DNA of 63,584 nt, the filler included, from Octopus bimaculoides (lineage: Eukaryota), in NCBI RefSeq assembly GCF_001194135.2. It is 6 parts of 6 records of this genome, joined end to end, with 100 filler letters (N's around TTAATTAATTAA, not from the genome) between each part and the next. Parts side by side here need not be neighbours in the genome. Positions count along the whole stretch, not along the records: positions 50,698 to 59,936 come from NC_068986.1; positions 60,037 to 61,930 come from NW_026367756.1; positions 62,031 to 63,584 come from NC_068991.1; 3 more parts are not named here. One strand, given 5' to 3'. Below are positions 53,625 to 63,584 of this stretch, one piece after another. A model generated the notes under the pieces. The model had not been told where the DNA came from. It worked only from the letters and a program-made list of their open reading frames with translations, and ran no database searches. Position 1 is the stretch's first letter, and every line of letters starts with the position of its first letter. A program made the position numbers and the translations under genes.

Positions 53625-54350
53625 TCTCTTTTTCACTGATCTTTTACTTTATGTTAACATCCGCTGGGCAGCTAATTTCCACAATTCTACACAGTTTCTC
53701 TTCTCTATCGCAAATCATTATATCAGGTCTGTTGTGCTTAAATTCTATTGAAGTCTGCACTGGAACATTCCACCAGTATTCCTTTTTATTATGAGTGGCT
53801 ATGGTTTCTATCATATTGTGAGATTTTATTTCTTTGTCCTCGGGATTATCTTTCCGATGGACTTCATAATAGAGTGTCCTAGCTACAGTGTCATGTCTCA
53901 TCGGTAGGTAATACCGTGATGACATTTTCGGACAACTGCGTATGATGTGGGTGATATTTTCGTTGTTAACTCCACAAAGTCTGCATCTGTTGTCACATTT
54001 TACTGCATTTCCTGCATCTCTCTCCCCCTTTGCGCATCAGGTTCTTGGTTGATATTTTCTGTTCCTGGATTGCAAACGCATACCCTTCAAAGTCGGAGGT
54101 AGTTATCCGGCTGTTGGCTTATGATAAAATCCTTTGATGATCGATGTTACTATCATCTCGGAGCTTTCTACTAACATATCCATGCATAGTCTTTGGCTCA
54201 TATAGGCTTATTCTTTCATCTGACGATACGTTGCGGTAGAGCCGTGCGTCTCCTTTCGGTTTGTATTCTAGATTATCAGACATAGACTGTTTCTCAAGGA
54301 GCTGCCTTCCAAGTCTTATGATAAAAATTTGGTCAAGCAATGCACTTCGA
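53625..54350 (-). mobile_element. RLE-type LINE 3' fragment (zinc knuckle plus endonuclease)
   Basis: CRLCGVNNENITHIIRSC (CCHC), RHDTVA, HNRPDI...IVEISCPAD (PD-(D/E)xK). Confidence 0.85.
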
Positions 54351-55267
54351 CATTTGGTGGTTAAAAGACGTTGCCGAAGGAATATGATATGACATTCAAA
54401 GGCATTTACGATCGATATTAAGTCCCGCCGCCTTGTTTTCTTTTTAGGTAGAGGCAGTCTACGTCACTGTTTGTGTGGGAAATATGTGTGCTTATTAATA
54501 TTATTCGGATTTTCACATCAATGGCTAGTTCTCATGAAGCGTCCAATCAAACAGCCCAAATATTGGTATGAGTACTGTCCCAGCAAACATATTGTTGGCG
54601 GCTGTTTTATGAAATGTAGAGAGTTCTGAGTCCAAATTTTCTTTATTCGGCTGTAATACTCATCAGAGACACGTGTTTTGTTATAGGTGACATTGTGTGT
54701 ATGTATGTATGTATGTATGTATGTATGTATGTATGCATGTATGGATGTATGTATAATTGTATGTACGTATGCATGTATGCACGTATGTATAATTGTATGT
54801 ATATATGCACGTTTGTGTATGGATTTGTGAAGCTGGAATACTGCTTCCTATTGCTAACATTGTATAGGTTAAACATCTATANNNNNNNNNNNNNNNNNNN
54901 NNNNNNNNNNNNNNNNNNNNNNNNNNNNNNNNNNNNNNNNNNNNNNNNNNNNNNNNNNNNNNNNNNNNNNNNNNNNNNNNNNNNNNNNNNNNNNNNNNNN
55001 NNNNNNNNNAGACACAAATCGACAGATAATAGGCAGACAGACGGTAAGACATATATAGTGTATATAGAGCGATAATAGCATAAACGCATACATAGATACA
55101 GACGGACAGCCAGACAAATAAATAGATAGATGGGTAGATAGATATACAGATAGAACAACTAGGTAAGGAGACAGACAATAGACATGGATACATGCATACA
55201 TACTTACCTACAGACAAGCAGTCAGACGACAGATACTCGCAGGAAGAGAGACAGACAGACACACAAA

Positions 55268-55307
55268 CACACACACAGATAGATAGATAGCTAGATAGAT
55301 AGATAGC

Positions 55308-55347
<40 letters not shown>

Positions 55348-55476
55348 CAGACACACAGATAGATAGATAGGTAGACAAGTCGGTAGGGAGGTAGGTAGGT
55401 AGGTCGGTAGAGAAGCAGGCAGATAGATAGATAGATAGATAGATAGACAGATAGATAAATAGATAGATAAATAGAT

Positions 55477-55521
<45 letters not shown>

Positions 55522-55600
55522 GACAGACGGCCATATGTACAGACATACAGACAGACAGAGGAATAGATAGACAGGGAAACAGACAGACAGATTGGTTATT
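55268..55600. repeat. (GATA)/(GACA)/(GGTA) compound tetranucleotide array
   Basis: Directly visible. Confidence 0.9.
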
Positions 55601-56278
55601 TTCCAAAGGCGATGATTACATCAATTATTTTCAGCATATTTTGTTATTTTTGTTCTAGTATCTTCAACCGGCGTTGCGGCACTACGCATCAGCTGTTAAA
55701 TATGCATGTAAAATAACAACACTTGTATTAATCATACACAGATAACAAAGTTCTTCGCAGTTTATTATAGTCAAATATTTTCATTCCAAACCCACCAACA
55801 CCAGCGAATGATATTTTCAGATTGTTTTCGTTTACCTTACACTTGAAAAATACATATTTGTGTGATGTGAAAATTGATTAGTAAAATTGTAATGTATTCA
55901 ATCACCACCATAGCCAGAAGTCCTGGATTCTGCTAACAATAGAAAGAACCGGAAATAAAGAACCAATATAACATCGGAGTTTGACTGGGCGTTATGATTT
56001 TTTTTTAATTTATGTTTTTTTGTTTTGCATCGTTCTTTGTTGTTACTTCCAGTAAACAAATCATAACTTAAATTAAATTAATTAAATTTGAATCAATAAA
56101 AAGCTGGGTAAACACTAAAATTATGTTGAACAGAAATGGCTGAATAGAAGGAAACGTGGAAGAAAATATTTGTGAATGTATTCGTATAATATTACGTACA
56201 TGTGCCTAAGTGTCTCTGTATATCTATATCTACCTTGTTATCTATGTATCTGTATGTAAATATTCATAAGCGTACACA

Positions 56279-56322
<44 letters not shown>

Positions 56323-56574
56323 TATGAATGTATGTATATATATATTTATAAGTGTGTGTGTATAAATATTTAAATATTCATAAATATAAATATTCAATAA
56401 GGAAATAAAGAGTAATCAGGTGTGAAATTTGCATATGGTCAGCAGAAATTAGGTGTGATTTGTATATAAAGAATGCCGTAATATTCTTTAGTTTCCAGTG
56501 AGAATACCTGATTTAGACAGGTCTGTTAGTTGAGTTCAGAGAGAGGGGAATACAAAGACGAAAGAAATTAGGAA

Positions 56575-56750
56575 GGAGAATAATTCAAAAATGTTGCATG
56601 GGCAGTTTGCGTCAGAGATTCGCAGGTATGCAGAAAATGATGGAAGATAGAACTGGTCAAGAAAAAATCACCTGAAGCCAAAGACAGATGCGCTTATCTG
56701 TGATGCGCAGGAAAATGCGCTCAGGACAAATCACACCAAGTACATTTTAT
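56575..56750 (+). mobile_element. R4/Dong-like LINE small fragment
   Basis: MLHGQF ... LKPKTDALICDAQENALRTN. Confidence 0.7.
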
Positions 56751-56994
56751 GTGAGTTTGCCACCAGCCTTCTTAAATTTCCACACTTTTAAATGAAGTAT
56801 AATTTATAAAGAAGAGGCATGTATGCATGTGTGTGCGTATATATATATATATAAGATGATTTGGTATCTAGAAGACCCAAAGAGTGGCAGGTAACGCTAA
56901 GGGAGTGCTATGGACAGACATACCATAGTTAAACTGTTGGTTGGATAGTGATACCGGTGAGGAGTTGCATTAGCATTTACATAGATATATATAA

Positions 56995-57295
56995 GACAAA
57001 AACAGAAAACAAAGCCAAGGATGTGAATAGCATTCAGGACATTTATAAGGCAAGAGATGTAGGTATAGTCTTACAGCTGTTTCTGGGATATTATGTATAT
57101 CCTCCTTTTCCATGATAATTCTTTATTTCCAACTCAAACATTTACCTCTATTTAATCATCTTATATCGTCTCAGATGAATGGATATCCATTATATCCCAG
57201 AAACAGCTGTAAGACTATATCTATATCTCTTTCCATATAAATGTCATGAAAAGTCCACACAGCCTTGGCTTTGTTATCTCTTTTTCTCTAATACA
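56995..57295. mobile_element. Foldback element, probably an inverted Penelope-LTR pair
   Basis: About 100-bp imperfect inverted arms (core tatagtcttacagctgtttctgggatat / atatcccagaaacagctgtaagactata); right end runs into a gap. Confidence 0.7.
57168..57215 (+). ncRNA. Minimal hammerhead-ribozyme-like motif (CAGAUGA core variant)
   Basis: GUCU-CAGAUGA-AU-GGAUAU-CCAUU-AUAUCC-CA-GAAAC-AGCUGU-A-AGAC: stem I 4 bp, stem II 6 bp, palindromic stem III, GUA triplet. Confidence 0.5.
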
Positions 57296-59418
57296 TANNN
57301 NNNNNNNNNNNNNNNNNNNNNNNNNNNNNNNNNNNNNNNNNNNNNNNNNNNNNNNNNNNNNNNNNNNNNNNNNNNNNNNNNNNNNNNNNNNNNNNNNNNN
57401 NNNNNNNNNNNNNNNNNNNNNNNNNNNNNNNNNNNNNNNNNNNNNNNNNNNNNNNNNNNNNNNNNNNNNNNNNNNNNNNNNNNNNNNNNNNNNNNNNNNN
57501 NNNNNNNNNNNNNNNNNNNNNNNNNNNNNNNNNNNNNNNNNNNNNNNNNNNNNNNNNNNNNNNNNNNNNNNNNNNNNNNNNNNNNNNNNNNNNNNNNNNN
57601 NNNNNNNNNNNNNNNNNNNNNNNNNNNNNNNNNNNNNNNNNNNNNNNNNNNNNNNNNNNNNNNNNNNNNNNNNNNNNNNNNNNNNNNNNNNNNNNNNNNN
57701 NNNNNNNNNNNNNNNNNNNNNNNNNNNNNNNNNNNNNNNNNNNNNNNNNNNNNNNNNNNNNNNNNNNNNNNNNNNNNNNNNNNNNNNNNNNNNNNNNNNN
57801 NNNNNNNNNNNNNNNNNNNNNNNNNNNNNNNNNNNNNNNNNNNNNNNNNNNNNNNNNNNNNNNNNNNNNNNNNNNNNNNNNNNNNNNNNNNNNNNNNNNN
57901 NNNNNNNNNNNNNNNNNNNNNNNNNNNNNNNNNNNNNNNNNNNNNNNNNNNNNNNNNTATATATATATATACATATATGTATATATACATATATATGTGT
58001 TTGTGTGGGTGTATGTATGTATATATTATATATGTATGTGTATGTGTGTGTACATGTGTGTCAATGTTTGTGTGTGTATACATATATATCACCAGAATCA
58101 TTTAGTTATTTTGATATACTTTTTAGGTATATTCTAATGTATCTCAATTAGAATGCTTCTACATCACTTCTGTGCAGATCAATGCATCCTGATCAGGGAA
58201 ATTTTGCTTGAGGCCATGTTATCGGAATCTAAAATTGCAAGATTACAAAGAGATTGTTTACATGCTTGCAATATCATAGAGCGATTAAAAACTCACCAAA
58301 GAAAAGCAGCATATTTTGCATTAAGATCTTCTTAGGAAGACAAAATTGTCTGCTATAGAGTATGCACGTCATGAATATGCTACCGTAGTGTAAAGTTTAT
58401 CGTGAGGATGATCATGACGTTGATGATGATAATGATGATGATGATGATGATAATGATGATGATGATAACTATCATGCTGTTGATCACCATCATCGTCATC
58501 GTTATCTTGGAACTGACGACAAAGATGAGGAAGGCGATGATGATGATTATGCTGGTAGGGTTTGTTTCCGGTGGTGGTGTTAGTAGTAAATAGAAAGCTG
58601 ATGAGGTGGAGAAACTTTGTTAAGCTGCAAATGATGGATGAGAGACGAAGAGGAGGAAGAGAAGCAGGAAGGTGAGAATGATAAAGATTATGAAGTTAAT
58701 GATTATTAGAATGAGGGGTCGCAATGACATGCAATTCCGATATTTTCACAATTTAATAAGTACTTAAAAGATGGCGAAAGTACCTCACCTTTGGTTTCCA
58801 CGGTGGGTGTTTTCTTTGTGTGATCAACAAAGTAGTCCATCCCAGAAACAAGCTTTTAAATGGACCTTGGTATTCCACAGATACAAAAACACAGATACGT
58901 ATTTCCCAGGGAGAGTCGGCAGGACGGTGTATAACAAGCTAGGTCCCCTGGAGAGACTACAGTCTTTCTGAGCGGCATCACAAACAGTTTCCAATACTTC
59001 AGTATTACTCATATATCTAACATCGATTTGTGACTTTTAGAAATGATATTTGACATCAATTGCCAAGAATCAAAACCGCTTGCTCATGACTGTGAAGCAA
59101 TGTTCTTATATACTAAGCAATGAATGGAAAAAGAAAATCGATGAAAATCACAATATTAATCGATCCTTATTTTATAGATTTATTAGATACTAACCGGGAT
59201 ACGCTTCTATCCGGGGAGACTCACGAAAAACTCTTTCCTGTTCAGTGTAGCTGTTGACCTACGTATCTCACTGCGTCAAGTAATTATACTCCGCTAACCG
59301 GTCTGTGAGCATCTCAAGCATTTTTCGATCATATCTCTACCTTCATCTTGTACAACTAATTCATCATTCTTTATTGCTTACATCCTTGTTGCAGCTACAT
59401 GCATTGAATTGGGTGGCA

Positions 59419-59520
59419 CTTCCTATTGGCGCTCACAATAAACACATATCATTCATCTTTCCCTATTGGCGGTCACATTAAACGCATATAATTCATCTTT
59501 CCCTATTTCGTATATAAAGG
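59419..59520 (+). promoter_or_regulatory. Candidate CCAAT-CCAAT-TATA promoter module, possibly LTR/TE-derived
   Basis: 40-nt tandem unit carrying ATTGG at about 59425 and 59465, then TATATAAAGG at 59511. Confidence 0.35.
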
Positions 59521-60149
59521 CAGCTGGCTTCACGCCTCACGTGTGCATCACTCCAGATGTATCACACATACTTGAGCGGGTGATTACAGCAACCTTGTCA
59601 TACTTCTCCGTCAACATCACTCGCACAACCAAGACTTATGCATACAAGCCACTCAAGTATTTCACACAAAGCTGTATACACCTTCTAAGACACTTTGTGA
59701 AAATGTTCTTCTACTACTCATTAGTTGGCTTCACGTTTCCTACCTATTTGTCGTTCAAATATTTCCGGAACAAACACGTTATAGATTTCATCTCATTCTA
59801 GACTTATCATCTCCTCAGGAGCACAGTCATCCATATATATTCGCTAAGCACAAAGGAAAAACGATTGACCGAACACAATAACGTATTCCCAGTATATCTT
59901 CGTCAGCGACAGCACATAATGGTACGTATGTCTTACNNNNNNNNNNNNNNNNNNNNNNNNNNNNNNNNNNNNNNNNNNNNTTAATTAATTAANNNNNNNN
60001 NNNNNNNNNNNNNNNNNNNNNNNNNNNNNNNNNNNNATATATATATATATATATATATATCATCTAGGTGAATAACCTGCACAAATGATTTGCATATAAT
60101 TATTCAAATATTTGTGTAGTACGTTAGCTAATTCTCTCAATGAAATCGA

Positions 60150-60300
60150 CGTTGTCTGAACAGGCCCATGGCGTACCACACGTCAAATGCCAAATGATCA
60201 CAGAGCAACGTAAAATGAAATGTTTTGCTCAAGAGCAAAATGCATCATCCAGTCCAGGAATTGAAACCACGATGAAGTGATCGTTAGTAAAACACCATAT
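60150..60300 (-). mobile_element. Degraded tRNA-derived SINE 5' part
   Basis: ggaattgaaaccacgat (reverse B box) and ttgctcaagagca, similar in type to 2892-3333. Confidence 0.45.
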
Positions 60301-60779
60301 TGACTACATATATACATACATACATACATACATACGTACATAGTGTTGAAATATCTAGAATATCTGATAAATAATAATCTCAATTTCGAAGAGTTATATC
60401 CCTTCTTTACTAAGGGAAATAACTCTTGAATATTTCAAAAGTAAACTGGAATCTGATGTAAATTTATTTTTGACTATATCTTTTTCGTTTCAGTCATTAG
60501 GCAACCAAACAATGCCCTGGCAGGGCCTTGAAGAATTTTAGTCGATCAAACGGAATCGAATGAATCGTGCAAGAGTGGACTGATCGCTTTGCATGAGGTG
60601 CTGTGAGTCTAATCTGTTTGATGCAGCTGATAAAGGCTATGTGAAGATAATTACTAAGACGGTCGGTGATTCTTTGAAGATGAGAAATAAACAAAAACGT
60701 AAAACACACACACGCACAGGCACACACATCTCACACACACGCACGGGCATACACACACAAGCGCGGTTGACGATAAAAT

Positions 60780-61456
60780 CTCTGATATATAAAAACCAAG
60801 ATGGTCGATAAGGGCTAACAACCAGATCAACAAAGCAACAACAACAAATTGAAAAAAAGAAACTGATTTGATAAAAGCAAATATGTGTACGGGGAGAAGG
60901 TGTCAAAAAAAATGTAGAGTCTCTGGAATTTGGAATGAGACAATGGCACACATTGTTGCAGAATGTCTCAAGTGGGCGCTGGGAAAAATAAGAAATGGCG
61001 GCGATGTGAGTTTACCCTGGAGACTTCATCAGAAAAGGGGATTTGAAGCTGGAGGTACATGGTATAATCATTGGATCGAAAGAGTGCTGGAGCTGGAGAA
61101 ATGTAAGATTTTGTGAGATTTTCCTATTCACACAAATAAGAAGCTAGAAAATAAAAGACCAGGCAAGACAATAGCAGACAAGGGAAAACGAAAATGCTTC
61201 TAATTGATCCATCATGTCCGTTTTACAGAAAAAGGATGAAATACAAAGAAAAAATACAATTCTTTAGAATTTGAAATTGCAAGAATTTGGAATATGAAAA
61301 CTGTAAAGATTGAGTCTGTAAAAACTGGTTCATCAGGAATTGTGAATAATGATAAAGACTAATGGGTGAAGGAGCTTGATACAGAGTGTACTGCATAATC
61401 TCTACAGAAAGTTTGCCTTTTAGGGACAGGAAAGATTATCTGGAGGGTTCTAAGCA
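60780..61456 (+). mobile_element. R4/Dong-like LINE 3' end
   Basis: KCRVSG..NETMAHIVAEC, KIL*DFPIHT....NKRP, IDPSCP, LQKVCLLGTGKII..VL; followed by a short UTR and (TAA)n. Confidence 0.85.
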
Positions 61457-61562
61457 CTTCAACGAGTGTTGAAAGCTTGTGGTTATCTCAAGTTACAAGT
61501 AATAAGCCGCTACCCATATGAATTCTACAAAGGATAAGAACAAATCCTCCTCCTCCTCCTCC

Positions 61563-61577
61563 GTAATAATGATGATG

Positions 61578-61647
<70 letters not shown>
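61563..61647. repeat. (TAA)n microsatellite between two LINE fragments
   Basis: Directly visible. Confidence 0.95.
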
Positions 61648-61649
<2 letters not shown>

Positions 61650-61765
61650 GTGGAGATTGAGAAGAAACAATAAATCATATTGTCCCTGGCTGCCCAGTCC
61701 TGGCTAAGAAGGAATATATTCACAGACATGACAGAGTTGGCACGTATACACACTAGAAGCTATGT
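61646..61765 (+). mobile_element. 5'-truncated R4/Dong-like fragment abutting (TAA)n
   Basis: CGD*EETINHIVPGCPVLAKKEYIHRHDRVG.Y.H*KLC zinc-knuckle region. Confidence 0.8.
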
Positions 61766-62568
61766 CTCTATGGAGAGGAACTTTCTAGATGCATCCCATG
61801 GTCATTCATAACCGAAGGGGGTCTTTACCCTTTAATGCTAACTGAAATTTCAAAATGTTGTGAAGCTGCAGTCTTTGATGAAACTCTGGAGAAAAAGCTG
61901 TGAGGATGAAGAATTGACATCTCTCCAACGNNNNNNNNNNNNNNNNNNNNNNNNNNNNNNNNNNNNNNNNNNNNTTAATTAATTAANNNNNNNNNNNNNN
62001 NNNNNNNNNNNNNNNNNNNNNNNNNNNNNNATTGAGAATAAATTTCATTTGTAAGTCGAGGGTTGCAAAAAAGAAGGAAAAAATATGATAAAAGAATAAT
62101 CAAAATGAAAAGGAAAAAACGGGTTTACGGAAGGACTTTCAGAAACTGACATCCAGGGAAATAAAAAAACGATTTAGGTTTATGTGAAGCCTGATGGGTA
62201 AGGTAAATTCAATGATACAATATGAGTGATGAGGGAATGTGTGATGAGTGAGTCAGAAATACTTCAGATGGCACGTGACCAACAAGTCCGAAGAACAGAA
62301 GCCCCTACAAAGAAGGTATAGAGAAGATAGAGAGGGATGACAGCAAAATAGATCCCTGGGACAGAGAGGGGGGAGAAGGAGAACGAGAGGGAAGGAGAAA
62401 GAGATAGGCAGAGTGAGAGAGAGAGAGAAAGACAGACAGACGGACGGAGAGAGATAACGAGGGACAGGTGGAGATAGAAGCAGATAGATTGAGGAAGACA
62501 GAGAAGAGGAGGAGAGAGACAAACAGATAGACAGATAGAAAGACAGATAGATGGCAGATGAGAGAAAG

Positions 62569-62614
<46 letters not shown>

Positions 62615-63584
62615 AAGAGTTTGGTGAGAATAAGAGCTAGTTATGAGGGTAATGGCAGGGACATTGCGACGGCCGGTGGCTTTGTTTGTTTGAAGCGACT
62701 GAAGTTAATTCCGCACGTGACCAATGAAGTGGAAAAGAATAAATTTGGAAGGTATTTAATTAGTGTGTGTAGTGTGGGGTTGATCGCAAAAGTGAAGGTT
62801 TTCTTCAAAGAAGTTCTACTTACAAAGTCATTAGAANNNNNNNNNNATCAGGCTTACACCGCAGAGCCAAAAGTACTGTCCCCATAAAAGCGACGGCAGG
62901 AGTGAACCCCAAGCTTACTCCCCACAACTATGATATTGCTTTGAGGTGCAGATTATAATGGCCTTTTGTAGGAAGGGAGTGGCGGATATTGGTAAAAGCT
63001 GTTTATTTTAAGCTTTTCCGTATGTGCTGTTTTTTGCTTGACCGAACAACTGCGACGTAGTTATGAATGAAGAACTTAAGAGTTTTGATTGTGCGTGGGA
63101 TATGGAGAAACATATCTAAGAGGATAAACAAACAGAGGTATATCCAATACCATACAACATGAATTCTTAATTTATTAAGTTTATCTCTGCCTCTAAAGGC
63201 TGTATCATAATTACATATGGCGTACACACTTATCAGTAGATAAACACGGTGGGTTAATATGCTGTTTGTCGCCGCAAAAAAATGAAAGGTAAACGTCCTA
63301 AAACAAAATGAAAGTAAATTGCGACAGAAACCGGAAATTGCGATAGAAAGATGCTCGCTAAGAAGAAACTTAGGCGTCAATGACGGACGAGTGATTATTT
63401 ATTTAATTCATATGTTGAACATGTGCAGCGAAACAAATTTAGAGATCGTGAAAAACGATGCACGAATTGCATTTTCTACACCAAATCGGGAAGAAGAGTT
63501 CGATGGCCCGCAAGGTTTGTTCAAGTCTTTCGGATAAGTTCAAACTCTTCACCTACCCATCTTCTCAATTGCAATGTCCACAAT

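Noticed and set aside
58762-58850. Minus-strand peptide DYFVDHTKKT, reminiscent of a WW domain
   Set aside because: Lacks the signature tryptophans, has a weak acceptor and an in-frame stop immediately upstream.

Overview
AT-rich, repeat-dense eukaryotic genomic DNA from a short-read draft assembly. The SINE, LINE and MITE families look like those I recall from octopus/cephalopod genomes (inference, not verified). It contains many microsatellites, about 20 ordinary N gaps, and five artificial 44N-TTAATTAATTAA-44N joins, so the window is probably six stitched pieces. Nearly every ORF in the supplied track is a microsatellite, gap or transposon artefact. Decayed mobile elements recognisable by protein motifs: several R4/Dong-like RLE LINE fragments, RTE-like LINE pieces, a Penelope-like RT, a DD37D (maT) transposase, a mariner fragment and a Helitron helicase. 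There are also tRNA-derived SINE clusters and several MITE/foldback elements. Manual reading found three things the ORF track misses. (1) A + strand chain of six very short in-register exons (14176-18284) encoding the C-terminal ~96 aa of a protein I cannot identify, whose 15-nt microexon has a tandem duplicate with a dead donor. (2) A weaker - strand multi-exon candidate (24284-27639). (3) At least two short-repeat families carrying minimal hammerhead-ribozyme folds with non-canonical cores. No CRISPR array, rRNA or true tRNA gene was seen. All gene models are hand-built and need RNA-seq or homology confirmation.
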